From the NCBI GenBank assembly GCA_049515895.1, contig JBEKTQ010000011.1:30147-94146 (forward strand): 64,000 nucleotides of DNA, given 5' to 3'. The translations under genes were made by a program, and so were the position numbers. The notes under the pieces are model-generated. The model was not told where the DNA came from. It did not search any database and saw nothing but the letters and a program-made list of their open reading frames with translations. Shown here in pieces: positions 1 to 9,779 of this stretch. This stretch comes from Candidatus Bathyarchaeia archaeon. Lineage in GTDB: Archaea; Thermoproteota; Bathyarchaeia; Bathyarchaeales; Bathycorpusculaceae. The first letter of the stretch is position 1. Each line of letters starts with the position of its first letter.

Positions 1-2
1 CT

Positions 3-455
3 AGGACCGGTAACGCCAAATTCGTTGCTGAAACAGTCGCGGCTGAGCTTGGATCTGACATCGAAGAAGTCGTGGACCTGAAGAAACGCGGGGGCAAGCT
101 GGGTTGGGTGTCGGCGGGTCGCGACGCGTCAGGTGGAAAGTGTACTCAGATCGCTCCAACAACCAAAGATCCTAAAGATTATGATCTTGTCATCGTTGGG
201 ACTCCAGTTTGGGCTTGGGGTCCAAGCTGCGCAATAAGAACCTACTTGGGCAATCATGACCTTTCGGGGAAAAGGGTGGCCCTGTTCTTTACGCTTGACA
301 ATAATCTGCGTCAAGCAGTGGAGAGAACCAAGGCTCTGATGCCTAATTCACTGTTTGCAGGCGAACTCGCCTTGAAGAAAGCTTTAGAAAACAAGGAAGA
401 AACCGAAGAGGAAATTGCCGCCTGGTGCAACACCCTAAAAACAGCTCAGCCATGA
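3..455 (+). CDS. Flavodoxin-like protein (5' end cut by window edge)
   Basis: Frame is open from base 3: RTGNAKFVAETVAAELG (S/R-T-G-N FMN phosphate loop), then YDLVIVGTPVW and GKRVALF. Confidence 0.85.
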   Translation, partial: RTGNAKFVAETVAAELGSDIEEVVDLKKRGGKLGWVSAGRDASGGKCTQIAPTTKDPKDYDLVIVGTPVWAWGPSCAIRTYLGNHDLSGKRVALFFTLDNNLRQAVERTKALMPNSLFAGELALKKALENKEETEEEIAAWCNTLKTAQP

Positions 456-663
456 TTCTTCTACATAAGGCAGCGCCAAGTTAACGCTCATGGCTGTTCC
501 CAAATCATTTTGCTCATGTATCCGATACTTCTCGCTTATTGATTGTTTATGTATACGGTTGCATGAACCATTTGAAGCCTGGTCGCAATTTATGATTCTC
601 CCCAATCTCTTCTCAGGAAAGTTAACCTTATCAAGCAGGAGAACAATTAATTATTGACCATCT

Positions 664-1161
664 ATGAAAGCGTACATGACTCTTTCCTGCAAAAAGGGTG
701 CTTTTAACACGGTCTTGGATGATTTAATAAAATTGAATCTTTCCAAGAAAGACGTCTTCTTACTTTTTGGTCCAGTTGACATTCTCGTCCAATTGCGCTT
801 CAAAGACATTGACGAATTCATCAATAAATGGTTCAACCCAATTAGAACGATAACTCCTCAAGAACCGATGATTGAGAAAACGCAAACTCTTATCGTCATT
901 TCAGAAGGCAAACCATTCACTGAGGAGCCATATGCTTTCCTGTTCCTCAACACTCAGCCCAGGAACCTTGAACAGGTCCAACGAGAGCTTCAAAGGATCC
1001 CTAACGTTCTGTCGGCTGACACGGTCTTCGGACCCTATGACGTTATATGCGCTATTAGAGCAAACGACAAGGAAGACCTAAAAAGAGTTATTTCTCAAAT
1101 ACAAAATGAAGTCTCAAATATCCAGGGAACAGTAACCGCAATCGTCGCTTCGCTATACTAA
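664..1161 (+). CDS. Tandem Lrp/AsnC ligand-binding (RAM) domain protein without HTH
   Basis: Two repeats: LLFGPVDILVQL...KTQTLIVI and TVFGPYDVICAI...GTVTAIV. No N-terminal HTH. Confidence 0.75.
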   Translation: MKAYMTLSCKKGAFNTVLDDLIKLNLSKKDVFLLFGPVDILVQLRFKDIDEFINKWFNPIRTITPQEPMIEKTQTLIVISEGKPFTEEPYAFLFLNTQPRNLEQVQRELQRIPNVLSADTVFGPYDVICAIRANDKEDLKRVISQIQNEVSNIQGTVTAIVASLY

Positions 1162-1259
1162 GCTCTACGACTTTTTCAGCCCACACTCCAACAAAAAGGC
1201 AGGCTAACTTACTACGAACTAATAAATCAGGACCACACATGCGCGCATATTTGCATTCT

Positions 1260-1275
1260 AAAAAACAAAAAAAAA
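1260..1275 (-). terminator. Probable oligo-T terminator after the CBS gene
   Basis: A-run AAAAAACAAAAAAAAA on + strand reads as a T-tract on - strand about 12 nt after the stop at 1288. Confidence 0.45.
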
Positions 1276-1287
1276 GGGAGATAGAGA

Positions 1288-2127
1288 TTATTTTGCGTAA
1301 GCCTCGACGATATCGCGTGCTGTTATAATTCCTACGAACTTGTCGTCTTTGACGATTGGCAATCTCCTAATGTGCTTTAACGCCATTGTTGCAGCAGCTC
1401 TGTGAACGCTTGTGCCGGCAGGAATCGTGATTAGAGGTCGGGAGCATTCTGGTCCTACCTGTACAAACAACGCTCTTCCTTTGGCCAAGAAAGATGTGAG
1501 CAAATCCCGTTCAGTGAAAATCCCATATGGCTCTCCTTTCTGGGTAATTATGACGCTGCCGATGCGCTGTCTACCCATCATGCCGCCTATGCTGATAACG
1601 GATGTTTCTTCGGGAGCAGTGACAAGTTCTCTGGTCATGAAGTCATCAACTTTGGCCTCGGTTTCAGGTACCTCAGGCAAACTCTTGATTAGATCCGAAG
1701 CAGTTATGATTCCTACAAGAGTTCCAGCGTCAAACACCGCAAGTCTACTTTTCTTATTAATCATCAGCTGGGCAACTTCTTTTATCTGAGCCGTGACGGA
1801 AACACCAGATAGTGGATATGACATCACATCCTCCACTTTTTCATCCCTTAGAAACAGGCCAAGCGCTAGAACCTTACTTAACAAATCGCGTTCAGTAACT
1901 ATCCCTACAGGCGTTCGGTACTTCTCCACAATTAGACTGCCAACATGCTTTTCACCCATGACACGAGCCGCTTCATTGAGCAGAGTTTCTGGAGTTGTGG
2001 TCACGACATTTTGGCTCATTAACTCCTTCGCCATTCGATAACGCGGCAAGTTCCGCTTATACTGCTCATAGGCATTATCGACTACACCCGGCAACGTCCT
2101 TCTGGATTCTTCTTGAGGTGTCGCCAA
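1288..2127 (-). CDS. Four-CBS-domain protein
   Basis: Repeated CBS motifs VGIVTERDLL, LVGIITASDL, YGIFTERDLL, FVGIITARDI. TTG start. Confidence 0.9.
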   Translation of the reverse strand: MATPQEESRRTLPGVVDNAYEQYKRNLPRYRMAKELMSQNVVTTTPETLLNEAARVMGEKHVGSLIVEKYRTPVGIVTERDLLSKVLALGLFLRDEKVEDVMSYPLSGVSVTAQIKEVAQLMINKKSRLAVFDAGTLVGIITASDLIKSLPEVPETEAKVDDFMTRELVTAPEETSVISIGGMMGRQRIGSVIITQKGEPYGIFTERDLLTSFLAKGRALFVQVGPECSRPLITIPAGTSVHRAAATMALKHIRRLPIVKDDKFVGIITARDIVEAYAK

Positions 2128-2342
2128 AAAAATCCCTCAAGATAAAGAATGGACGAAAGGCCTAATTAAGCTTCCACATAACATTATCATGCTGACTTGA
2201 AATGCACAATTGAAATTACAATCCGATGAAGAATGCTGTCTGATTTCAAAAGAACATGCCTATACGAAAAATCAGACTTTTTTTGGTCGTCATCCTCGAC
2301 GATGAAAGCGAGAGTGCATTTCCTTTTCTGATATCTGAGATT

Positions 2343-2579
2343 TTAGTCTCTTTTCATGTAGTCAAGAATGGTGTGCCTCGTCAAGAACATCAAGTAGGTT
2401 GCCGCATAAAACATGCAGAAAAACTCTATTGAAGAAGTTACACGATTAACCTCTATGCCATAAAAGGCTCCTGAAATGTTTACGTTGTAGAAAACAAGTA
2501 GCCCAAGAAAAACTGCACCTGCTAAGCATGACAGCCCAATTCCGTGAAACAAGATTCTTAAAACTATCCCAATTTTCAT
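2343..2579 (-). CDS. Small membrane protein (2 TM), unknown function
   Basis: 78-aa ORF with ATG start and two hydrophobic stretches. TATA-like TTTTATAG at ~2703-2710 on - strand. Confidence 0.6.
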   Translation of the reverse strand: MKIGIVLRILFHGIGLSCLAGAVFLGLLVFYNVNISGAFYGIEVNRVTSSIEFFCMFYAATYLMFLTRHTILDYMKRD

Positions 2580-2904
2580 GATTTGTCCACATCCAGTTTC
2601 ATAATCGTAACTGCCGGTTTCTCATCCGGAGTCAAGGCCGCAATTGCTGCTATCACTTCCTTTCTCGAAGAGCCTTGCCTCCAAAAAACAATTGCACTAT
2701 TTACTATAAAACCCTTGCATTATCGGTAATCTTGACTAACTCTTCATCACAACCCCTTTCACCTGAAACGCATCATTGTTAGACAAATGGTTCATAACTC
2801 AAGGCGCCTTGGAACCTTTAGAAACAATATTTTGGGGATGTTTTTGGTTTTCCACCTGCAATATTTATCTAAAAGAACGCTGAATGTTAAGGCTGGAGAC
2901 TTTA

Positions 2905-4257
2905 ATGGCGCTAGATAAGTTGGGTTCTTCTTTAACCGATGCTATAAAGAAACTGTTTAAAGCTGGTATAGTGGACGAAGCTACAGTGAAAGAACTCGTC
3001 CGCGACATACAGCGGGCGCTGCTTCAAGCAGACGTCAACGTCCAACTTGTCCTAGACATCTCCAAGCGCATAGAGGAACGCGCCCTAAAAGAGAAAGTTC
3101 CTCCCGGCATCTCAAGACGCGAGCACGTCATAAAAGTAGTCTATGAAGAGCTCACCCGTTTCGTGGGCGACAAGCCTGTACCAATCAAAATGGAGCCAGG
3201 TAAAAGAAAAATCATCATGCTTGTCGGCATCCAAGGCTCAGGCAAAACCACGCAAGCATCCAAACTGGCAAGGTACTACCAGAAGAGAGGCTTAAAGCCC
3301 GCGCTGATCTGCGCTGACACTTATCGTCCAGGCGCATTTGCTCAACTTCAGCAACTAGCAAACAGAATAAACATGCCTATTTACGGAGACATCAAATGCA
3401 AAGACCCAGTGAAAGTTGTCCGGGAAGGCTTAAAACAATTCATAGGTAAAGACCTCATAATCGTCGATACCGCAGGTAGGCACAAGGAGGAGAAAGACCT
3501 GATTAAAGAAATGAAGGATCTTGAGAAGAGCATCAAGCCCGACGAGGTCATAATGGTTATCGATGGAACAATCGGTCAGCAAGCACTCATTCAAGCAAAA
3601 ACATTTCACGAAGCAACACCCATAGGCGCAATCATAGTGACAAAGCTTGACGGCTCCTCGCGTGGCGGCGGTGCATTGTCAGCGGTTGCTGCAACAGGCG
3701 CCCCCATAAAGTTTATCGGTACAGGCGAAAAAATCGAAGACATTGAGCCTTTTATTCCCTCACGTTTCGTCGGTAGACTCTTAGGCATGGGCGACTTAGA
3801 AACGCTTCTGGAAAAGGTACACGACGCCGAGATCAAAGTTCCAGAGAAGAAAGCTAAAGAAATCCTCAGCGGCAAATTCACCTTGACAGACATGTACGAG
3901 CAGTTCCAAGCAGTTAAAAAAATGGGGCCGTTCAGCAAAGTTCTTAAAATGCTGCCGGGCATGTCATCTGCTAACGTGCCGCAAGAAATGCTCAACTCGG
4001 CTGAGGGCCGCCTTGACAAATGGGGCGTTATAATTCAATCCATGACGCCTGAAGAAAGGGAAAACCCAAAACTGCTTAGCTCCTCAAGGGCAAGACGGGT
4101 GGCGCGCGGTTCGGGAACAGCTGAAAAAGACGTCAAAGATCTGCTCAAACAGTACGTTATGATGCGCAAAATGCTAAAGATGATGAAACGCAAGAAAAAA
4201 CTGCCCTTTGGGCTCGGCGGGAAAGGCGGCATGCCGGCTAACTTTCCAGTAGGCTAA
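2905..4257 (+). CDS. srp54: Signal recognition particle protein SRP54
   Basis: GIQGSGKTT, DTYRPGA, DTAGRH, TKLDG and Met-rich M domain with RVARGSG. ATG 2905 follows GGAG (alternative start 2884). Confidence 0.97.
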   Translation: MALDKLGSSLTDAIKKLFKAGIVDEATVKELVRDIQRALLQADVNVQLVLDISKRIEERALKEKVPPGISRREHVIKVVYEELTRFVGDKPVPIKMEPGKRKIIMLVGIQGSGKTTQASKLARYYQKRGLKPALICADTYRPGAFAQLQQLANRINMPIYGDIKCKDPVKVVREGLKQFIGKDLIIVDTAGRHKEEKDLIKEMKDLEKSIKPDEVIMVIDGTIGQQALIQAKTFHEATPIGAIIVTKLDGSSRGGGALSAVAATGAPIKFIGTGEKIEDIEPFIPSRFVGRLLGMGDLETLLEKVHDAEIKVPEKKAKEILSGKFTLTDMYEQFQAVKKMGPFSKVLKMLPGMSSANVPQEMLNSAEGRLDKWGVIIQSMTPEERENPKLLSSSRARRVARGSGTAEKDVKDLLKQYVMMRKMLKMMKRKKKLPFGLGGKGGMPANFPVG

Positions 4258-4262
4258 GCGAC

Positions 4263-5597
4263 ATGGATGTTCTGGAAAAAGCGCTTGAACTTCTCAGCAA
4301 ATATCCTCTTTGCGATCACTGTCTTGGCAGGCAATTCGCTTTGCTGGGGTATTGCATGGAAAACAACATTCGGGGTAGGGCGTTAAAAGTCACCTTAACG
4401 CTGCAAGCTAATGACCTTGCGAGAGAAGGCAACCCCAACGGCGTTCGGCAGCTTAAACTTTTGGCGGCCAATGGCTTTTCAAAAGAAGCTCAAGAAACCC
4501 TAAAGCATCTTAAAAAACGCGTCGCTAAAGTCTCCGATGAACCGAAGTGTTATCTCTGTGAAGGCAAATTCAAGCTTGTTGACAAGTTAACCGAGAAATC
4601 TGCAGCCGCCCTGCAGGGCTACGAATTTGCTACATACCTTGTGGGTATCGAGTTGCCTGTTAAGGTTGAGGAACGCGAAGACGAGTTTAAGGCTTCATTA
4701 AACCTTGGCTACAGCGAAAGTATCAAGCATGAATTCGGACGACTATTCGGCAAAGCCCTTGGTGTGTGCTCAGGCAAAGAGGCAGATTACTTAAAGCCTG
4801 ACATAGTCGCAGTTATCAACCCTTTCCTTGAAAAAATTAGCATTCAAGTTAATCCTCTTTTCGTCGCTGGCAGATACCGTAAACTCGTAAGGGACATTCC
4901 GCAGTCGAAATGGTTCTGTTCAAGTTGCCGTGGAAAGGGGTGCCCGAAGTGCGGGGGAACCGGCAAACTGTATCCTGAATCGGTCGAGGAGTTGTCTTCC
5001 AAGCCACTGCTGGAAGCAGCTCAGGGTGAAAAAACCGCGTTTCATGCTTCTGGTCGCGAGGACATTGATGCTAGGATGCTGGGAAATGGACGCCCATTCG
5101 TTATCGAGATTTCAAGGCCAAAGAAACGGTTTATTGACTTGAAGGACATGGAAGCCAAAATCAACGAGGGCGCAACAGGGAAGGTTCAGGTTTCACGGTT
5201 ACGTTTTGTCAACAAAGACGTGGTTAGGCGTCTCAAAAAAGGTGAGGGTTCGCAAAAAAAGTATCGACTACTGGCTGAGTTTGAAAAAGAGGTTTCTGAA
5301 GAGGATTTGTGCATATTGGAAGAAAAGCTCAGCGGTGTCTTGATCAGGCAGCAGACGCCGCTTCGTGTTGTGCATAGAAGGGCGGATTTGATCCGAGAAA
5401 GGTACATATATAAGCTTAAAGTTAAGAAGGTGTCGCTTAAGAGGTCTCTGATGGAAATTCAATGTCAAGGCGGCCTCTACGTTAAAGAGTTGGTGTCTGG
5501 AGATGAAGGAAGAACAAACCCGAATGTTTCGGATCTGCTTGGAAACAGAGCGAAGACGCTTAAGCTTGACGTTTTAAGAGTTATGACGGATAATTAG
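4263..5597 (+). CDS. pus10: tRNA pseudouridine(54/55) synthase Pus10
   Basis: LCDHCLGRQF, GRYRKLVRDIPQSKW, catalytic HASGREDIDARMLG, QQTPLRVVHRR, GGLYVKELVSGDEGRT. Confidence 0.95.
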   Translation: MDVLEKALELLSKYPLCDHCLGRQFALLGYCMENNIRGRALKVTLTLQANDLAREGNPNGVRQLKLLAANGFSKEAQETLKHLKKRVAKVSDEPKCYLCEGKFKLVDKLTEKSAAALQGYEFATYLVGIELPVKVEEREDEFKASLNLGYSESIKHEFGRLFGKALGVCSGKEADYLKPDIVAVINPFLEKISIQVNPLFVAGRYRKLVRDIPQSKWFCSSCRGKGCPKCGGTGKLYPESVEELSSKPLLEAAQGEKTAFHASGREDIDARMLGNGRPFVIEISRPKKRFIDLKDMEAKINEGATGKVQVSRLRFVNKDVVRRLKKGEGSQKKYRLLAEFEKEVSEEDLCILEEKLSGVLIRQQTPLRVVHRRADLIRERYIYKLKVKKVSLKRSLMEIQCQGGLYVKELVSGDEGRTNPNVSDLLGNRAKTLKLDVLRVMTDN

Positions 5598-5612
5598 CAA
5601 GGTGAAATTTGA

Positions 5613-5918
5613 ATGAGAGGTTCAAAAGGTTATTACGCTGGCACCCGCAGCCTGCTGAAAAAGCCAAATAGGGAAAAAGGAAAACCGAAAATCAGAAAGA
5701 TTCTCCAAGCCTACCCGGCTGGTTCTCAAGTGATAATAAAGATGGATTCCAGTACACAGAAGAGTATGCCGCATAAACGTTTCCACGGGAAAATAGGAAC
5801 GGTTAAAGAAAAACGTGGCCGTGGGTATGTAGTTGTTGTGCCTCAAGGCAACAGCATCAAAGAAATAATCGTTCGCAGTGAACATTTAGAACCGTATATG
5901 GGCAGTGGAACAGAATGA
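5613..5918 (+). CDS. rpl21e: 50S ribosomal protein L21e
   Basis: SKGY..GTR, MPHKRFHGKIG, VRSEHL. GGTGA SD upstream. Usual pus10-L21e-rpoF context. Confidence 0.95.
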   Translation: MRGSKGYYAGTRSLLKKPNREKGKPKIRKILQAYPAGSQVIIKMDSSTQKSMPHKRFHGKIGTVKEKRGRGYVVVVPQGNSIKEIIVRSEHLEPYMGSGTE

Positions 5919-6253
5919 GCAAAAGAGAAGTGAGCGAAAGCCGCTTGACGTTGCCGCAAGTGAAGAAACTTTTAGAAACCATAGGCGAAGAAAACTTGGA
6001 TCAGTTTCAACGTCGAACGCTGGATTATGCGAACAAGTTCTCTAAGGTTGATCCTGTGAAGGCGGAAGAGCTCTTGCAGGTGCTTGTAAAGGAATACGAA
6101 ATTGACGAGGCTGAGGCGATACAAATCATAAATTGCATGCCTGAATCAGTTGACGAATTACGTGTTTTCTTAGCTGGTGGCCGGAAGATTATAGAGACCA
6201 CAAAACTACGGGCAATCGTTGAACTTTTGAGTGAGAATAGGATTTTGAAGTAG
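5915..6253 (+). CDS. rpoF: RNA polymerase subunit F (Rpo4)
   Basis: QRRTLDYANKFSK, QIINCMPESVDELRVF. ATGA overlap with rpl21e. Confidence 0.92.
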   Translation: MSKREVSESRLTLPQVKKLLETIGEENLDQFQRRTLDYANKFSKVDPVKAEELLQVLVKEYEIDEAEAIQIINCMPESVDELRVFLAGGRKIIETTKLRAIVELLSENRILK

Positions 6254-6315
6254 CCTAGACGGCTAAGTATTTTTAAGCAGTAAGCACAATAAACTAATGG
6301 ACTTAGTGACTACTA

Positions 6316-6882
6316 ATGGAAAAGCGGTATGAAGAGTACGCTTACGTACTAGATTTCTTGTCACATGGTAAGCCTGGGTTCCGTCCAACTGGGCGAGCAG
6401 GCTACAGGGCAGGAGCATTAATCCAGTCTGTTGGGGAAGAATTCTTTACCCTTTTGGAGGCTTTGGTAAAGGAGGGTTTAATGTTGAAGCCAGGTGACCG
6501 AGTGTACGTAGGAAAAGATTCACGCTCGGAGGTTACATACATTATAGGACGCGTTAGTTTCGATGAATTGACCGCATCAGCCAAAGCGGAGCTTCCAAGT
6601 GTGATAAATCGCATTGTCCTGAACAGAGAGAAATGGTTTGTGAACTTCTTCAATACCGCGCGAGCAGTTACCCCTCGCATGCATGCTTTGGAACTTGTTC
6701 CTGGCATCGGCAAAAAGTACATGTGGCAAGTCATAAACGAACGAACCCGAAAGCCCTTCGAAAGTTTTGAAGACTTGCAGAAGCGAACTGAGCTGCCTAA
6801 TCCTGTTAAATTGATTACTAAACGGGTTATGGAAGAACTTGAAGGTGACAGCAAGTATCGATTGTTCACGCGGGCGCAGTAA
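6316..6882 (+). CDS. DUF655 / COG1491 predicted RNA-binding protein (OB + HhH)
   Basis: EEYAYVLDFL, GEEFFTLLE, HALELVPGIGKK. Conserved position between rpoF and ksgA. Confidence 0.9.
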   Translation: MEKRYEEYAYVLDFLSHGKPGFRPTGRAGYRAGALIQSVGEEFFTLLEALVKEGLMLKPGDRVYVGKDSRSEVTYIIGRVSFDELTASAKAELPSVINRIVLNREKWFVNFFNTARAVTPRMHALELVPGIGKKYMWQVINERTRKPFESFEDLQKRTELPNPVKLITKRVMEELEGDSKYRLFTRAQ

Positions 6883-6892
6883 GGCATAGCGG

Positions 6893-7711
6893 ATGAGTCT
6901 TGAAGAAACGAAGCGGTTGCTTCGAACCTATCGAATCTCCCCGAACAAACTTCTGGGACAAAATTTCATGGTTGAGCCCTCTATCTACAGCAAGCTGTGC
7001 GCTTATGCCTCGCTTGACTTTTCGGATGTGGTGTTGGATGCTGGAGCGGGCTTCGGTTCCTTAAGCCTTTTTCTCGCTGATAAGTGCAAGGCTGTAATTG
7101 CAGTCGAAAAAGACCCGCAAGTTGCATCGGCGCTTCGTGATCGGGTCAAAGGCATTGGAAATGTGACAGTTTTAGAAGGAGATGTGTTGAAGGTTGTGTT
7201 GCCTGAATTTAATAAAGTCGTGGCGATCCCCCCTTATTGTATTTCCACTCATCTTGTAGCATGGCTTGTTGAACGCAAAATGGATTGCGCTGTGATTATT
7301 GTTCAAAAAGAATTCGCCAAGAAACTTAACGCTGCGCCAGGGAGCGGGGATTATGGCTGGTTAACTGTCCAGATGTTCTTGCACGCAGAGGTTCAACTCT
7401 TTGACTCGGTTCCTAAAGGAATGTTTTTCCCTGAGCCGAAAGTTGATTCAGTAATCGTTCGCATTAAGCCTTGGAACAAAAGACGTTTTGAATTGATGGA
7501 CGAAAAGTTTTTCACGCAAGTTACTAAGTGGCTTTTTACTCAGCGTAACAAAAAGTTAAGTAAAGCACTTGCACCGTTTTTGAAGACTAACCTGCACCTA
7601 AGTAGACAAGAGGCGGAAAAGATAGCTGCTGCAATACCGTTTCATGATAAACGCCCAAGAGAGCTGACCCCTGAACAGTTTGGAGAATTAGCAAATGAAA
7701 TCCGCCATTAA
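6893..7711 (+). CDS. rsmA: 16S rRNA adenine dimethyltransferase KsgA/RsmA/Dim1
   Basis: LGQNF, GAGFG, VEKD, QKEFA, FFPEPKVDS, FTQRNK. Motif IV reads IPPY. Confidence 0.9.
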   Translation: MSLEETKRLLRTYRISPNKLLGQNFMVEPSIYSKLCAYASLDFSDVVLDAGAGFGSLSLFLADKCKAVIAVEKDPQVASALRDRVKGIGNVTVLEGDVLKVVLPEFNKVVAIPPYCISTHLVAWLVERKMDCAVIIVQKEFAKKLNAAPGSGDYGWLTVQMFLHAEVQLFDSVPKGMFFPEPKVDSVIVRIKPWNKRRFELMDEKFFTQVTKWLFTQRNKKLSKALAPFLKTNLHLSRQEAEKIAAAIPFHDKRPRELTPEQFGELANEIRH

Positions 7712-8309
7712 GAGAACGCACTTCAACAGACACATTTTTGATATCTCGGAAAACGTTTACGAGCCAGCTGAGGACTCTTTTCTTTTTGCTGAAAATTTGG
7801 AAGTGAAAAAAGGCGAGCAAGTGCTCGATGTTGGTACTGGCTGTGGCATCCTTGGTATATTGGCGGCAGAAAAAGGTGCTGCAGTCCTCGCTGTTGACCC
7901 AAATCCCTATGCCATTCGTTGCGCAAGAGAAAATTCAAAGCTTAACAATGTGGACGGCAAGATGGCTTTCCTCCAAGCTGACCTTTTTACGGCTTTGAAT
8001 GAGAAAGTGAGGTTTGATTTGATCCTCTTTAACGCACCGTATCTTCCGGCAGATTCGCAGGAAGCTGAAACTTGGATTGGACGCTCATGGGCTGGAGGCG
8101 CTAACGGACGCCAAGTTATCGACCGCTTTATTTTTCAAGTTCAACCACACCTGAAAACCGGCGGTCGGGTTCTTTTAATGCAATCGTCGCTTGCTAACGT
8201 TGAAGAGACAATTTGTAAATTTGGTGTGCATCAGCTGGCGGCCAGAGTTAAGGCGGAACGTAAACTTCCGTTCTTTGAGACTTTGGCTCTTATCGAAGCC
8301 AAGACTTAA
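7695..8309 (+). CDS. hemK: HemK2/Mtq2-family release-factor glutamine methyltransferase
   Basis: VYEPAEDSFL, DVGTGCG, FNAPYLP, WAGGANGRQVIDRF, PFFETL. Confidence 0.88.
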   Translation: MKSAIKRTHFNRHIFDISENVYEPAEDSFLFAENLEVKKGEQVLDVGTGCGILGILAAEKGAAVLAVDPNPYAIRCARENSKLNNVDGKMAFLQADLFTALNEKVRFDLILFNAPYLPADSQEAETWIGRSWAGGANGRQVIDRFIFQVQPHLKTGGRVLLMQSSLANVEETICKFGVHQLAARVKAERKLPFFETLALIEAKT

Positions 8310-8381
8310 CCCTTACGCATTTGTTAGTCTGTGAAAAGCAAATAAAGGGTGTTGTGCATTGGTTATTTCGGTGATTGCAAT

Positions 8382-8711
8382 ATGACGATTTGGTTTTACG
8401 TTAAAACAAGCGATGATCCAAAAGTTGTCGGAGAAGTTGTATGCGCCTTTAATTTTGAGCAAGGCGAACATCCCCAGGACCAGTATTCTTGGCTTTTGGA
8501 GCCTGGCAGAGATGAGCCTGGCTACTGGGAAATCAGAGGAAAATACGCAGTTCTAAAAGACCTCACCGAAATCGGCATCGTTTACAGAATCGGCGATAGC
8601 ATAGTTTTCGCGGAAATTGAGGATTACTTAGCACCTGATTTTCTAGATCCTCTGATAACAAAATACGGTTTTGATAACGTGAAGTGGATCGTCGTTCCGG
8701 GAAGACGTTAA
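8382..8711 (+). CDS. Hypothetical protein
   Basis: 109-aa ORF with GGTGA SD 7 nt before ATG 8382 and globular composition. No family recognised. Confidence 0.65.
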   Translation: MTIWFYVKTSDDPKVVGEVVCAFNFEQGEHPQDQYSWLLEPGRDEPGYWEIRGKYAVLKDLTEIGIVYRIGDSIVFAEIEDYLAPDFLDPLITKYGFDNVKWIVVPGRR

Positions 8712-8734
8712 AACCACTTCTCACATTTTTTGCT

Positions 8735-9262
8735 TCAAATCGCGCGCAATTGCTTTGCCACCAAGAGAGCGGCTGCTCGAGCGATTATTGAGACACCTAC
8801 TAGTATGATTATTGCCGCCCAGAATTGAAACCACATGTTTAGTTGCTGACTTTGGGCTAACGTGCTTTTCATATTTGCAAGGTTGCTTAACATATAGGCG
8901 GCGCCGAACCAGAAAACCACGCTTCCGACGGTTTGAGCTGTTCTTCTTATTCGAGACCCATTCGCAAGATGCATTGCTAAGACCAGGATTTCCAAGACCC
9001 CGATGCCTAACGCGAATTGAAAAACAGCCGAATAAACTCCAGTGTAGGCTGCGGGCATGGCTGGTGCCGGCAATTGAATTGTGGTGTTTGCAACGCGGGC
9101 GATTATGAAATCGTTACCGAAGTCTTTTATTTTTGGCCAAAGATTTTGGTTTATTACAAAAACAATTCCGATCAAAATGAAGAATAAACCGGTGGAAACC
9201 GCAACTATTAATCTTTCCCCGAATAGTCTGCGACCCGAATAACCTGAAGTTTTTTCATTCAT
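8735..9262 (-). CDS. Hypothetical membrane protein (4 TM)
   Basis: 175-aa ORF with four hydrophobic segments, divergent from the zinc-ribbon gene. Confidence 0.75.
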   Translation of the reverse strand: MNEKTSGYSGRRLFGERLIVAVSTGLFFILIGIVFVINQNLWPKIKDFGNDFIIARVANTTIQLPAPAMPAAYTGVYSAVFQFALGIGVLEILVLAMHLANGSRIRRTAQTVGSVVFWFGAAYMLSNLANMKSTLAQSQQLNMWFQFWAAIIILVGVSIIARAAALLVAKQLRAI

Positions 9263-9380
9263 TTTTTGTCCCGTTTATTATTTCTGCTATTTTGGATTTA
9301 ACTTTTGTTTTTTCCAATTCGGAAAGAGTGAATGTTTTATATACTATAACATTCTAAATGAAAAATACTGAGTGATTCCT

Positions 9381-9779
9381 ATGTCGTATTGCCCAAAATG
9401 CGGTAATAAGGTGGACGAAACAATGGCTTTCTGCCCCCGATGCGGCGCTTCATTAAAGGCGGCCACCACATCGCAAGCTGATCAAACAACGCAAGGATAC
9501 GGATATCGATATGAGCGGCACGAGAAAGATAACGAGAAAGCTGAAAAACATGGCGAAAAACACGAGAAGGCTGGAGGAGGCTACGGGTTCTTAGTTGCCG
9601 GTATCTTGATAGTCTTGTTAGGTTCGCTTGCATACATAAATGCTACCACCAACGTGTTCAGCGGCCTTAGTGGTCCAGTTGCCTCGGCGATTGTTTTAGT
9701 TGCAATTGGCATTCTAATATTGCTCGCAGGTCTCTACTACTATTCGAGAAGTAGACGTAGAAATCCAGCTCCTACTTAA
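9381..9779 (+). CDS. Zinc-ribbon membrane protein (2 TM)
   Basis: YCPKCG...FCPRCG ribbon, charged EKH-repeat linker, two TM helices, basic tail. Confidence 0.82.
   Translation: MSYCPKCGNKVDETMAFCPRCGASLKAATTSQADQTTQGYGYRYERHEKDNEKAEKHGEKHEKAGGGYGFLVAGILIVLLGSLAYINATTNVFSGLSGPVASAIVLVAIGILILLAGLYYYSRSRRRNPAPT

Noticed and set aside
2221-2310. Hammerhead or C/D-box reading of the structured element
   Set aside because: The core is CCGATGA rather than CTGATGA and the stem order does not fit. C-to-D' spacing (7 nt) is too short for a guide.
2810-2865. ORB-like words (GGTGGAAAAC; GAAAC...GGGG) upstream of srp54
   Set aside because: Poor match, not repeated, and no cdc6/orc1 in the window.
9515-9572. 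EKH-type short repeats in the zinc-ribbon protein gene
   Set aside because: Low-complexity coding linker, not a DNA repeat array.
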